From the NCBI GenBank assembly GCA_030704615.1, contig CM060732.1, positions 31,000,001 to 31,064,000 on the forward strand: a stretch of 64,000 bases of DNA. Reading direction: 5' to 3'. The position numbers and the translations under genes were made by a program. Positions 1-13,560 of this stretch are shown in pieces; the stretch's first letter is position 1, and each line of letters starts with the position of its first letter. Source of the DNA: Takakia lepidozioides. Its lineage: Eukaryota > Plantae > Bryophyta. The notes under the pieces are model-generated. The model worked only from the letters and a program-made list of their open reading frames with translations, did not search any database and was not told where the DNA came from.

Positions 1-2110
1 TCTCTGAAAAAAACAGGGCGGGAGGGTGGGATTCCAGGTCAATCATATCATGAAAGCACCAAAGTACACATCATCGTCTCAAGAATCCATTATAAACTCA
101 TTTCAAAAACCAGATTGCAGGTTTGGTTTGAAGATGATGTTTTAGAACCAAGATATAAGCAAGATTCTTAAAAAGGAAGAAGAAACATCAGTGTAGAGCC
201 CCCTTAAGCATGTATAGGCCTAAAATGGTATTTTAAGGCCACATAAGGTAGTTCTGCCAAGGTGAAAGAGCAGCAGCTCAGAAACCCCAGTTTGTTATCA
301 AGCCATGAAACCAAAATGATATGAGGGCCTTGAAGAATGTGTGTTATCTATCAAAGCCTATCCTTTTGATCCATCAGGTCATACCAAGAGTTCTCATTTG
401 CCAAGTATCAAGGCAGTCATAGTAATAACTGCTTTTTGTATCCTTGTATCCTTCATAGCTAAACTCCTACACATGCAAATGTGGTTGTAAAAAACCATAA
501 ACAGGGGTAAGGAGAGAAACAGATCCTCATTGGAGCAATCTTGGCGCAGGTCTGAAGTGGCATGGTGGTAGTTCGAAACAGCAGATGCATCAGCAGCTTA
601 GGCAGCGGCAGTATCCACACTTGCAAGAACGGGAACTGCAAGCTTCAAGAAATCAAGACAAGTGAAGACCCTCACCTGTGCCCGTCCCAAAAACCACCAC
701 ATAGCGATGTGTGTTAGTGAGGATGCAGCAGGTAAGTGGCAGGTCTTCACAGTTGCTATCCATGTCAGTGTTGAATTCTAAAGCAAGTACAGATCACAGT
801 TCAAGCAATGGTAAACTAAAAAAAAACCTTGAGTGTTTGTGGTATGCCTTGCGCCATGGCTTCCAACAGATTGTCTCCAACAGAACGCAGTCAGAGTAGA
901 AGCGTTCACAGCTAGAGAGTGGCTCATACACAAAGAGAGAGCAACAAGTAATCTGTAGATAAATAGGGATAGAGTACTTCCCAACAAGGAGTAAAAGCGC
1001 CGTTGCAAATAAAGAACCATGAGTTCCTGATCAGAGCAATCACGGCTTTGTCGTCTGCCATAGAAGAATCTGTTAACCACCTCTGCGTATCCAAGAGCCA
1101 GCAATCACGAGTACCATGTAGCAGCAGGGGAGCAGGTTTATACGGCGCATCATCAAAGTTCACTGAAGCACGATTTCAGTGCTTAAAGTGTGTCGGCCTG
1201 CTTAGGGCAAAACTGCCCGATTTTTCATCCAGGCTGGATGAAATATCACATTTTACCAAGATAGGCATTTTGTCACTGGATGACATCCCATAGAGATGTA
1301 TCTCTTAGGGTTATGGTATAGGTTTAGGTTTATAACTACCATCATTTATGATGGTAGTTTTATTATTCTCTTGGATTTTATAATAGGTAACCATTATTTA
1401 TGTAGATCATCCAGTTTAGATGAAAAAAATAGATGGTAACTCTAGCTTTCTGTATATTAAGTTTCATCATCCAATAATAAAATCATCCAGATTTGGATGA
1501 AAAAATTAGGGATGAAAAACTAAATAACCTCAAAAGTATAAGGCCAGATGCAATCCAAAGATTTATAGAGGGAGAGGGAGAGAGGGAGTGAGTGGGAGAG
1601 ATGAGGGAAGAAAAAATAAAAAGAAGGTTGGGGGGGGGGGGGGGGGGAGTGACTCAGCAGCTGCTGCTGCTCAGTCACTTCCCCCCCCAACCTTTTCGTT
1701 TTTGTGTTGTGGAATGGGGGGGGTGCTGAAAGCAGCTTGCTGCTGCTGGTCTTAGCCCCCCCCCGACCTTTCATTTTTTGGTTTTGGCAATGGTAGGGGG
1801 CGCTGAGAGCTGCTGCAGCAAGTACTTGCTGTTGCTGCTCTCAGTCATCCCCACCTTTTTTCTTTTCTTTTTGGAATGGTGGGGGGCTGACAGCAGCAGC
1901 AAGTGCTGGTGGCTCTCAGCACCCACCCCACCCCCCCCCTCTTTCATTTTTTTTCTTATCAGCAGAGAGAGAAAGGGGGAGACAAAGATATAGAGTCATA
2001 AAGATAGAGGGAGAGGAAGAGAGGGGAAGGGGGAGGGTCAGGCCTTGTTGGTTTTTGGCATGTGAAATCACACGGTAGTAGTGTTGTGGGCGCAAGGATA
2101 TGTTGGTAGT

Positions 2111-4297
2111 ATGGCGAAGGACAAGGAGAAGGGGCCGCCAAATGACAAGGAGAAGGCGCCGCCGAAGGAGCAGAAATCGTCTGCCGCTAAGGTAGGGAAG
2201 CTTGACAACGCTCCCGTCATTGACGGCCGTGTGAAATGGTCCACTTGGTCCAAACTCACCAGCCCTATAGGCGGCTATGTGAGAGGACCAAGCCGTAAGG
2301 CCGTCGAGGCCTCCACGCCCTCGAAGGTTGAGGCTGGGGATGAGCCTCCACTTGAGGGTGGTGCACCCAATGTTCAGGCTGGGACGCCACCCCACGGGCT
2401 GATGGAGGGCCCTGACTTTTACGCGGGGAAGCGCATTCTTAGATCTGCCGCCAGGTATGGGCAACTTGATCTTAGCCCCACCGCCAATGCCTCCCCTTTT
2501 TCTGCAGCCAAAAGGGCTTATAAGGGGGGGGCTCAGAAGGAGGTGGGTTCCTCCTCACCTTGGGAGAAGAGGGAGGCTTCAAAGGAGGCACAGGAAAGGG
2601 AGGGGGAAGAGGAGAGGGTGACATTGGCTATGGAGGGCCCCTTGCGAAGTCCGTCGCCTTAACGGTCAATGAAGAAGACCCTGGACTTTGGGGCGCCGCC
2701 TGCGAGCCTATTGGGTGCATGGGATAGGCTTCCACCCTTATTCCGAGAGGGCCTTATGGGGGGTGCACCACAAGCGGGGACCAAGGGCAACATTGAGGTC
2801 ATGGACGCAAAGGTGAGCCTCTTTCCTTCACCTTTTTTTCTTTCCTTTGCCTTTCATTTTGTTTCTAATTTTGTGGGTTTTGTGTTCAGGAGCTTGGCGC
2901 ATTCGTGGCTAAGCTTGTGGCAAACAATGGGATTGCCACCGACAAAGAGGGACAGTGGTGGTGCCTACCCCTGGGGACGGTAAGAGGAAGAGGAAAAGAC
3001 GTGGTGTCCTCGAGGTTCCCCTAATCATCAAGGAGGGTAGGGAAGTAGTGGAGGGGGGGAGGGAAGTAGTGGGAGGGGAAGGGGAAATGACAGGCCCAGG
3101 AGAGGGAGTGTAAGAGAAAGAGGCGTAGAAGGAGAGAGGTGCAGCCGGGGGAGGGCACTAGTGGGGGAACAAAAGACAAGGGGGAGCTAGTTCAGATGAG
3201 CGTGCAGCCGGTGGAGGGCATTAGCGGGGCAACAAAAGACAAGGGAGAGGTAGTTCAGAAGAGCGTGGACGAGGTAAAGACCTCGGGTCCCCGCAACCTT
3301 GATTTGCCAAAGATGAAGGTGCCCCCCTTAGAGACCAATAAGGTCGGTGACCCCATTGGTGAGTATTGGGAGGCCATGAAAAAAGTAGCCTTTGACTTGG
3401 CGGTGAGGTGGTTCCCTTGGCATATTGATTGGCCACGCCAATCACATCGCCATAGGCGAGCATTCGTGCAAGCACTTGAGGGCACATTTCCGGGTGAGTG
3501 GAATGAGGGGAAGCTCTTGGAGCTGGTGGGAAAGAACCTCCAGGACAAGAGGTACCGTGCGCGACAAACCATTTGTAAGGCACTCAAGGTGGGGGTCAAA
3601 CCAACGACCATGCCACATGGAATAACCAAGGTAAGACGCACTTCACTTGTCATTGGTGTCTTTGAATGCATGTTCATTGCGGTATGGAGTTCATTAACAT
3701 TTATAGTGTCTTTGTTAGGGCTGGACAAGAATCTTGGGAGGCTCTCATCGCAGGGGAGAGGGAAGAGCTGAAGGCGGAGATCTTCGCAAGGGGACGTGCG
3801 GCAACTGCAACCCGCCTCGAGAAGTGTGCGGAATCAACCCACAAGTGGGGCCCCGGCGGAAGCAAGAGTTTTGTCACCCGATTCGTAAGTGTTCTTTCTC
3901 TTGTCATACCCATTCTTCTTTTTTAGCTTCTCCCTTCCATTATGAATTCTGACCTGTCATTGCATTTGTATGTCATGTGCAGAAAAAGAAGTTTGAGAGG
4001 CCTCCCTCCGCCATCGAGCACAACTTTTGCAAGACTCAGGGGTGGAAGGCCCTTGTAGCCTCAATGGCCAAGACGCCACAATTGACGGAGGATAGTGCAT
4101 CTGTAGGGGTGGGGATGGGTAGTTCAGTAGCTCGGCCGGATGGGGGAGAGCCAGTAGTAGGGGGTGGTTCGAAGGATGATGTAATTTCGGACTCGGCCTC
4201 ATCATCTTCCAAATTGGAGGCCCAGCGTAGCTTGCATTCCTCGGACGAGTACACCTATGACTCAGGTGATGAGGAGTGGGGGATGGTTCCCAGTTAG
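2111..4297 (+). pseudogene. Intron-containing CACTA TnpA/Ptta-like gene, degenerate
   Basis: ORF pieces 2081-2662, 3139-3771, 3666-3926 and 3977-4297 with GT-AG junctions (gtgag ~2813, gtaag ~3631 and ~3885; acceptors ~2889, ~3718, ~3982). The segment WEALIAGE...HKWGPGGSKSF resembles En/Spm Transposase_24. It lies next to CACTA subterminal repeats. Confidence 0.5.
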
Positions 4298-4519
4298 AGA
4301 CATGTAAAGGTAGTACTCGCTTTATGTATATATTTCTTCAGTTACCATTTCGATCCTCATTCTAACCTTAATGGACATGTGGATTCTAATCTAACCTATA
4401 GATTAGAATGCATGCATTTCATGCAAGCACGAGGCACACCCCAACCCCCAAGAAACCCCCCCCCCAAAAAAAACGAAAAAAAAACCCCAAAACCCCACCC
4501 CAAATACCAGCTGGCTACC

Positions 4520-5152
4520 CTCCCACCCAGCGACGCCGGCGCGACGGCCGGGTGCGACCAGCGACTCTGCTGCGATTCCCCGCCGTCGCAACAGAACCAT
4601 GCCAGCGTGGAGCTTGCGACGTTGTTGCGACTCCAGGGAGTCGCACACGAACGTGCCCTCCCATGGAGCTAGCGACGTCCCTGCGATTCCCGGGCGTCGC
4701 TACCGAACCTCCTTACCCATGGAGGTCTAGCGACGCCCCCAAATGGCGGCGATGTCATGGCGATTCCCGGGCGTCGCCCGGCTTGGGCGACGCCAGCGCG
4801 TGGCTAATTCTGGGAATAGAAGACGTCCTTGCGATTGCCCCATGACGCTGGGGAAGGGATGGACCCCCCCCCTCTCTGCCCTTTGATGCGACTCCTGGGA
4901 GTCACCATATTGCGACGCCCCGGAGGGGCGGCGTCTTTTCGCCGTCACTGGTCGTATCTAGGTGGACTCGGGGGATTAGCGATTCCCTTAGGTCACTAAT
5001 CTGCGACGTTCCGGGAGCGACGTGGCGGTGACTTCCCGACGTCGCAATTTCTCCCTAGCGCGCCCAGAGCACTGTAGTGTATTTTCATCGCTAGGCGCGG
5101 CGTTTGGAGGTCGCTGAGGCATCGCTAAACCCCCCCCCCAAACGTAGTAGTG
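4520..5152. mobile_element. CACTA element right end: subterminal repeats plus terminal GTAGTG
   Basis: Dense GCGACG/CGTCGC motifs in both orientations over 4520-5130, ending in ...CACTGTAGTG (5070-5079) and ...CGTAGTAGTG (5143-5152), the reverse complement of CACTAC. Confidence 0.65.
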
Positions 5153-7661
5153 AAGAAACTTCTCCATCAAGAAACCTCCATTGGGGAAGCTTCTTATGTA
5201 ACTTCCTAATAGCCAGTATATATAGGAGGCGAGACTGGACACTCTTCAGTCTCGCCAACACAAGTTCAAGCTATTCTTGTTTCACAGTCTCAGTACTCCA
5301 GTTCAGCTTCCAGTACTCTAGCCCAGTTTCCAGTATCTGGCACTCTAGTCCAGTTTCCAGCATTCCAGTATTCAAGTCGAGTTCTTGTACTCTTGTCCAT
5401 TGTTGTAAAGATCATCTTGGTTCATGTTTACCCATCATGCATTCGGCCACGCCGACCTTGACTTCTTATCTAGTCTTGTACCTCTAGTCTGACCTCTTGT
5501 TTGTGTCCAGTCATGTTATCGTCCTTGACATGATTAGTCTTTTTGTTTTAAGTAGCACTATGGCTCTGAAGTTCTTATTCTTAATCTCTCTTCTTATATC
5601 TTGGTTTTTTGGCTCTGAGTGGAACATCGTTACTCCGCCTTATGGCTCTATATAAGCTTATTTTTTCTTTACCTTCTTTAAATAAAATTCTCAGGGCTAC
5701 AATCCCCCAGTTAAAAGACAAAAATAAAAAAATGAGGGGTACCTTTTCCTTGGTTCCTATTCTTCCACTTTCTGGGTGTTCACTCTTTCAGGCTCCTTTG
5801 GTCTTAGTTTGTGGACCGCTCTGTTCTATACCTCTCACTTCATTTTTGGCATTTTGTTGGCTCTGGATTTCATTTCTTGTTCTTTGATGCGAGGTGCTAT
5901 CTCCTTAGTAAGCTTTCAAGGCCTTTAGGTGGTTATTTTTCCACATTTCTAATGCAAAATCCATCCTCCGTAAGTGCATTTTTTTCAATTTTACAGAAAC
6001 ATCACATCCCAATTTGTAAGCATATAGAAAAATGCATTGGCAGAACTGGTAGTGCTCTATACAGTTTGGAACAATCTTGTATCGTTTCATAACTAAAATT
6101 CTCATATAAAACTTTAAAATGCAGTATGTTCTTAAATACTACATAGCTATTTATTTTTAAAGATAATTAACAGTATTCTTCTAGATTCTATGTCTAGCCT
6201 GAGTCTCGTTACGAAGTACCAAATGAGAAGAAATGTCCGAGACTATACCAAAGAAAAGTTGGACCAAACATGAAGCAATCTAGTTTATAGAATTTGTAGC
6301 TTATACTTCCCTCTCTCGGTTCTCAAATTGCAAAGCCAACTTTTGTTACAGCTTCAAGAGGGGGAAATCGATAAATTATAAATTGTTAGTGTTGTTTTTT
6401 TCCGAAAAGACATAAGGATAGACATAATTTGAATTGCAACCAACAAATACTCGCATCGCAATTGTGATTATTCATTAACATCGTTCTCTTTGTATATCAT
6501 GTTAAAGATGGATAGAAGCATTTCTAAAACAGACGGCTAAAATAATGCACATGCCATAATGAATCACACCTTCATGTCAGATCAGTGGAATGAACTAACA
6601 GGTCATGTTTACATTCATCATTATTTGACATCCTTAATGTTTGTCTCAACAATCTCATGGTGAGCGTTGTGATTCCAGAAAGCAAGAGAAGCTTTTTATG
6701 TGAGATACTTTCTCATTCCTATAGAAAAAGATATTAAAATTTGGCGAAAAATCCATCTTGTTCGAGGAATCAAAGTAGGTTGCAGTCAGAATGTTTCTTA
6801 CTCTTTGCTGTGGTGTTTGATAGAATACATGTTGCAAACTTTATCAGAAAAAAGTCTCCATAGGGCAATTGCAACCTACAGTGGACCAAAAATGTTGTCA
6901 CAACACTGTTGTTTTGGGATCTTGATTAGTTGTAAATTATTATACTCCTAAATGGCAATGCTGATAGTAAAAAGGGCCTAAGCTATGAAGGCTCAACTAC
7001 ATTTATTTCCCCTATTTCAAGTATAAACCAAAAAAGAAAATGGTTATAAATTATGGACTTTTGAACAAGTCGATAAGGATTTGTTATAGTCCATATAGGC
7101 CGTTATGGATTTTTTTTAAAGCATGATTCATAGAGAATTAGAAAAATGGACTTGACCAAATGTGCTTTGAGGGATAAAGAATCTAGAATGAAAACATCCA
7201 CTCAAAAATATTATGTAAAATAAACTTTATGTACTATTTTGAGCCTTCAAAAAACTATTTTCGTAAAGTAATTTACATATATAATTCTTTGAAATATCAA
7301 CACTGCCTCATTAAATACATAGACCAAGGGTAGACCCCGGGGTGGATCAAGGTCAAATTTAAAAAAAAACTATCGTGATCTGAGACTATTGTGATTTGAA
7401 AATAAAGTCTTTAATGGTCAATAATAGCCAGTTGAGATCGTAAATTGAAGCGAATCCAATGGTTGAGGATTCGCCACATCCCCCTTTATGTACTTTTAGG
7501 GACTGATCATGGCGTGTCTCATTTTGGTCCACCGTAGGCTGCAACTACCCCATAGATAACTACCATGCTAATTACTTTAATTAACAAGGACAAAGGAGGG
7601 TATTTATACTTGGGGTATTAGTCATTTAGCTAGACCCAAAATGGCTCCGCAAAATGTAAAA

Positions 7662-8015
7662 TGTCATGGTTAACTAGAATTACCTACTTCTAGTTAACTA
7701 GGATATTTTGGATATTCATATTTGTATTTTGTGTGTTGGGACTTCATTTGGTCTCACATGCCAAGTGAGGTGTCAAACCTCACTTGGGACATGGGGATGG
7801 GTTTTCCCCTTGTGAGCGTTGAGGAGGGCTTATCTTCTTGTAGTTGAGCCTCCATGAGCCTCTCCCACCTCCATAGCTCTAGGTATTAAGTGGGAGTGTG
7901 GTGAGGGCTTTGTAGGGTGGATTCCTTTAGCAAAGGTGCCCTTGGCTTGACTTAGTTTATGTGATTGAGTGGATTCATGAGTGAAGTGTTTCCCTTGTGT
8001 TCACTTTCATTATCA
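7662..8015 (+). repeat. LTR segment 'A', probable part of the 5' LTR of DNMT-Gypsy copy 1
   Basis: TGTCATGGTTAACTAG...CACTTTCATTATCA recurs at 29714-30066 with only about 8 substitutions counted by eye. Confidence 0.8.
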
Positions 8016-8785
8016 CTACAAGAAGATGACCTTATACTTGTGAGTGCGGAGTGTAAGGGTTAGTTTAGCACTTGTGTGTTGAAGAGCTTGGGAAGATAGT
8101 TCTTGTGTTGCAAGGTGTTGCATATATTGCAAAGGAAAATCCTTGTGGTGTTAGGGCTTTGAGAGATATTGCTTTGCCATAAGGAGGTGGAGAGCTCAAA
8201 GATGGAGCTCTTGTAGATCACAAGGGTTGCAAGGAAAGGTACTTGTGGTGTTACACCAAGGTGTTGGAGAGCTCAAGAAGGAGATTGTTGCCACACGATT
8301 TGCAAGGATTGCAAGAGGGAAGTCTTGTGAATGTGGAAGCATGGATTCTAGGGTTTGAGAATCATTTCTATGCATTATGGAGTCAATGGTGTGTGCCATG
8401 GCTTGAGGAGAACAACTAAATGATTGTTAGTACTCATTTCACTATCAATCTATGGTTAAGCAAGCTCAAGTGTGGATGTTGTGGAAGAGAAGCCAAGGAG
8501 CTACATAGGTTTGGGCTTGAAGACAACAAGGGCAAGCACTTGGAGAGCATCAGGAAGCTCAAGAGGTTTGAAGGGAGCATGTGAAGAAGTCTTCCAATCA
8601 TGGTGGTGTAAAGCCAAGCTTATGGCATTTGAAGGGCTTAGAGAACAACTTTGTTAGAGGGCTGCTTGGGACTTAGACGTTTTTACGGGTTCTGTGGGGT
8701 ACCCTTAATTTTTGCGCAGACTTACGGATGGTAGACTGAGACCAACAGGAGCCTTAGGGGTGGCAGGCGCAGGCTTTAGGGAGGG

Positions 8786-9020
8786 TAGACAGCCAGTCAC
8801 AGCCCGTCACAGTCTATCACAGCTTCGCACAGCCAATCACAGCCCGTCACAGTCTATCACAGCTTCGCACAGCCAGTCACAGCTCGGCACAGCTTCGCAC
8901 AGCCAGTCACAGCCCGACACAGCTTCGCACAGCCAGTCACAGCCTGACACAGCTTTACACAGCCAGTCACAGCTCAGCACAGTCATAGCTCGACACAGCT
9001 TGACACAACCTGTCACAGCG
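8786..9020 (+). repeat. ~10-bp CACAG-core tandem array
   Basis: Repeated cacagccagt/cacagcttcg units; a related array lies at 12947-13085. Confidence 0.9.
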
Positions 9021-9629
9021 TACATGGGGAACAATTATCATTGACAGGGAACGACTGTGTGGGAACGACATCTGCAGAGGGAACGTGTTACTTCAGGGGT
9101 GACAGTTAGTTAGTTAGTTAGGTGGTTAGAACAACTTGCGGGTAGATTAGGCAGGGCGGCAACAGGAAGGGGATCACTTCTTGAGGAGCGCAACTTGATC
9201 AGGGGAGGAGGAGACGAAATGGAGAGCGGAAACAATGAAGATGAGATGATGACTTGATTGAGGCTTAATTCATGCAAGTTGTAGAATCATACAGTAGGGT
9301 AGATTAGGGACACCATGACATAGGCCTGATACTTGATTAATCTTAATCTGATATTTATTCGATACAAACATACTGTGTAGAGAGACATGAGAGAAGCTGT
9401 GGAATGAATGAATGATTGATTGGAACTTGGTAGATATTGAAGCAATCTGATGCTTCAGTATACACAGTAACGTAAATTGATAACATGACGGCAAGAAGGA
9501 ATACAAATAGGAAGCACAACCATGATTCACTAGCTACAGGACATGACTGATTGTTCTGAGCGGGCTGAGTGCTTAGAGATATCCAACTCTTCTATCTTGG
9601 AGTTTTCACCTCGGATAGCAAAGGGATAG

Positions 9630-10238
9630 GTGAGTAAAAGCTGCTCGACATTTGGCGACCATACTGGGGAACTGGGTCATGAACAACCAGATGTGACAGG
9701 CATCTGGTGGGATCATGGTGGTTGGAGAATTAAAGAATTTGATGTGAATCAAATTCCCTGTGGAGCTGAGAAGGAAAGATTGTCAAAACAATTCTTTCAG
9801 AGGTTCTTGGAATTGCCAGACAGTTGTAAAGAAAACATTCTTAAGAGAGTACATGATGCTGATCCTGAGTGGGGTCTGGAGAAAAGAGTGATAAAGATTT
9901 ATCAAGTGGCCTGTAGAGGAAGAGCACGTTGGTTACCAACACTGGTTTATGTGATAGCATTGCTATCCATTAAGCGAGTGGAGTTTGAAGGCTGGGAGGA
10001 AAGGAAAGTGAATGTTTACACTCATATGCACGAAGAGCTTGTACTGGTAAAGAATTGGATTCCTAAAGATATTATGTGGATCAAACTCACACCAAGAATA
10101 GCTTTTCAGACTTGTTTGCCATATGGTTATATGGTAACAGAGACTTCTAGTATAGCCAGGGGTGCATTGAAGCTTGAAAGAAATCCAGGCATATACGAGA
10201 GATACTACAGGAGAGAGTTTTGGTCATTACCTCATTGA
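9630..10238 (+). CDS. Extra ORF of unknown function 5' of gag (Ogre/Tat ORF1-like position)
   Basis: 202-aa open frame between the putative PBS and gag; no recognisable motif. Confidence 0.35.
   Translation: MSKSCSTFGDHTGELGHEQPDVTGIWWDHGGWRIKEFDVNQIPCGAEKERLSKQFFQRFLELPDSCKENILKRVHDADPEWGLEKRVIKIYQVACRGRARWLPTLVYVIALLSIKRVEFEGWEERKVNVYTHMHEELVLVKNWIPKDIMWIKLTPRIAFQTCLPYGYMVTETSSIARGALKLERNPGIYERYYRREFWSLPH
9651..9668 (+). promoter_or_regulatory. Putative primer binding site after an LTR end (...CGACA TTTGGCGACC...)
   Basis: CA followed by TTTGGCG upstream of gag, as in non-chromovirus Gypsy elements. Confidence 0.45.
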
Positions 10239-10429
10239 AGATATGAAAGACATGGGACATGAGTGATGAAAGTGAAGCTAGACTCCAGAGATATTCAGCA
10301 AAGAGGGAAAGTTATCTGAAAGCTAATTACCCATATCTTTGGGAGAAATGAATAGACATAGGGGAATCATCTGGACCTCTCACACCGTTAAGATCAAAGA
10401 GTACATCACCCATACCGGAAGAACTAGAG

Positions 10430-12875
10430 TTGGATGCTACTCCTTCTTATTCTTTGCAAGAAAGATTAAGGGAATTGGTACAGGAAGAAGATCAACCACG
10501 AGGTGAAAGATTTGAGGTACATCCCTGGATAAAAGATTTGACAAAAATCTTTGATAAGAGTTGGCATGGAACACCAAAAGCAGGAACTCCAGTTTCTGAA
10601 ACGAAAGACGAAGAAAGAGGAGAGGATGTGGCAGAGCCAACGGAGAGTTCAGACTCTCCAACACCATTGCAATTGAGTTACATGAGTGAAGAAGAAGAAA
10701 CCCAAGGGCATAACTTGGAAGATGAAAACAGAGAGAAGAAATTGGAAAATGAAGAGTATGAAGAAGTAGACCCAACAGCTGAGGTTGAGACTACAAATAG
10801 GACATCCCAACCCGTTGGACCTGGATCAAGTGGAGCACTTGGATCACAGGCCAACGAAGGTGTCGGCTCAGGGGGATCAGGCGGGCAGCCTGGATCTGGC
10901 TCTGGGGGGACAGGGAGTGTGGGAAGTAGTGCAACTGGAACTGGGAATACTGTGAATATAGTGGGGCCAGTAGCAGGGAGTGCTCAGGGGCCAGCACTTG
11001 GTGGAAGTTCCACCACAACTACAACAGGTCCTCAAGGACCAGCACCAGCAAGGGGGCCAACACATGTCGGTGGGCAGGGGATAGGGCCATAGATGGTGTT
11101 ACAATCAACACGGGCAAAACCACATTTTCCAATATATTTAGGAAAAGGGGATCTTGATGTACACATTAGCCAATTTGAGCACATGTGTATTGTGAACAAT
11201 GAGAATGGCGATGATGCTAAGATGAGACTGTTTCCTCGTTCACTTATAAAGAAAGCAAGTGAATGGTATGCAAGATTCCCTGATAATCATTTCCTAACCT
11301 GGAATGGCTTAAATACAGCATTCTGAAATAGGTTCAGGACAAGTAAAATTGAGGATGAAGTGTATGGAAGTTTATTACAGTTAAAGCAAAAGAAGCATGA
11401 AATTGTTGAGGAGTATGTGGAAAAGATGGAATTGATGATGAAAAAGCTGGCTGCTGTACCAGCGCCATGATTACAGAAGACTTGGTTTGTGAGTGGACTA
11501 AGACCAGAGTTGCAAAAGAAAGTGGATATGCTACCCCATAATACAGTGGAGGACACATTTGAAACAGCCAACAGGATTGAGCAATTGGGAATGCTAAGAA
11601 GAGATAAAAGGGATGATGAGGACTCTGAGGATGAGTCAGATGAGGAAGAAGAGCAAAGTTGAAGAGGGAAACTATGAGAAAAGACTGGAGGAGATCTTGA
11701 AGAAGTATGCCACAGAGGCTGCAACACATTGGAGGAAGGGTGTTTGGTGTGCAAAATGCCAGAATGAAGGCCATACCACAGCTGAATGCCACATGAAGGA
11801 GAAACAATGTACTATCTGTAAAATGGATAACCATTCTACAGAGAATTGTTATTACAACAGAAGGACAGCTGCAAGAGAACCTAGGCAAGTAAGGGTGCAT
11901 CAAGTGCAGCCCCAGCCAAGAAGGAACAATGATCAGGACCACTATGGTAGGCCTGGTGGTTATAACAATGGTATGGAAGGGAGAGGTAATCCAAGAGGGA
12001 ATTACCAAGGCAATCCTAGAGGCAACTATCAGGGTAATCCAAGGGGGAATTACCAGCCAGGGAATCAGGACTATAGAAACAATCCCAGAACAGACCAAGG
12101 GCGAGGACCTAATGGGGAAGAACTGTGTTACTATTGTAATGAGGCAGGACATCGTAAGGCAGCCTGTCCGTTCTGGATCAGACACCAGAATGAGATGAGA
12201 GCTCCTGTGAATGAGGGCCCAGTGATGGCAGCTCACATGGTTAGGCCATGTGTTGTACCAGAAGTAAGTACAATGATAGTAACCAGAAGCAAAGCTAAAT
12301 TAATACCTCCAGTAGATGAGGAAGGTGATGATAATGAAGATGGCAGTGATGTGCCTGAAGATGATGAGGCTTGGAGAGATGAGAAGGAACTGCACAAGGA
12401 AGTCCAGTTAGTTTATGGTATGGAAGCTTTACTTCCAGTGGAATTCTTGTTACCTACTATGAGAACTGAATGGGGAAGGAGAATGGAATTGGAAGATTCG
12501 ATTAAAGTCAGGAAACATGAATTATACCATGTGGAGAAAGTATGTGTTGATGCAGCAGATAACATGACCAGAATTCAGATGAAGAGAAAGGGTCAGTTTG
12601 ATGAAGGTAAATTAAAGACTTTTAAGATGGGAGATTTGGTACTGTGGTTGCAGAAGAAGGGGAAGATTAAAGCTTCTAAGCTTAAATCACCATGGAAAGG
12701 ACCTTATGTCATACAGAAGATGTATGATAATGACACCACCATGTTACAAACTATTAACAAAGAAATGCTGGGAAGAGTCAATGCCAATAAGTTGAAGGGA
12801 TACAGTGGTATCCATGACAAACCATTGCAGCACGATTCGCATGTTGAAACACAAAAACAGTCACGGGCTGCGTAG
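10430..12875 (+). pseudogene. gag: Ty3/Gypsy gag (capsid, three CCHC knuckles) joined to an integrase C-terminal tail; PR/RT/RH deleted
   Basis: Retrotrans_gag-like FPRSL..KASEWY...TWNGL. Knuckles CAKCQNEGHTTAEC, CTICKMDNHSTENC, CYYCNEAGHRKAAC. Then VYGMEALLPVE...GDLVL...KLKSPWKGPYVI (GPY/F region). Internal stops at 11090, 11324 and ~11468, plus a frameshift. Confidence 0.85.
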
Positions 12876-12946
12876 GTGATACCAACGGAGTATGGAGCAC
12901 TTGTCGCTAAGCCGAGCGTGTATGACCAGGGCGGGAAGTACAAGTG

Positions 12947-13085
12947 CCACACAGCCTATCACAGCCCATCACAGTGTCACACAGCCTATCACAACCCATC
13001 ACAGTATCACACAGCCTATCACAGTTCACCACAATCTGACACAGCCTGTCACAGCCCAACACAGTCCATGCGGGTTACACAGTCC
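12947..13085 (+). repeat. ~10-bp CACAG-core tandem array
   Basis: cacagcctat/cacagcccat units. Confidence 0.85.
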
Positions 13086-13560
13086 ATAGGGTCAGTGACA
13101 GATGGACGCGGGTTAACGTCAGAAAAGTGGCCGTCAAGTGAAAGAGAAGTTTGGAAGTCAAACTCGGAGAATGTGCCACGCGGACAGAGGGAAGTCGGAG
13201 GCATGTCTAAAAACGAACACGTGGCCACTAGGGCAAAGCACACCGCTGTGCATATATTGCAAAAGTGGGTATCATCATGCAAGAGGACAAATCGGGCCGT
13301 CAAAGTACCTACCCGGTACATCAGCCAAAACTATTTGTGGGCCCATTAATGCATTCAGGGCAGGGGTAACGGAACCCTTTCCGAGTACAGAAAAGATGGA
13401 CTTTTGCCACATGTGCTGTCCTACTGGACATTCCAGGTGGGAATGTCCACGGTGGGGGGTAGAATTAAGAAGTTTATTAAGCAGGCAACAGCCAATCAAG
13501 AGCAAGAATTTCATGCAGGTGGTTCTCTCCAAGAAATAAGAACAAGAAATTGGAAGAGTT

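Noticed and set aside
8786-9020. CRISPR-like array
   Set aside because: Contiguous short tandem units with no unique spacers, in a eukaryotic context.
11090-11092. TAG-ATG junction in gag as a recoding site
   Set aside because: Single copy, no readthrough context, and other decay stops nearby.
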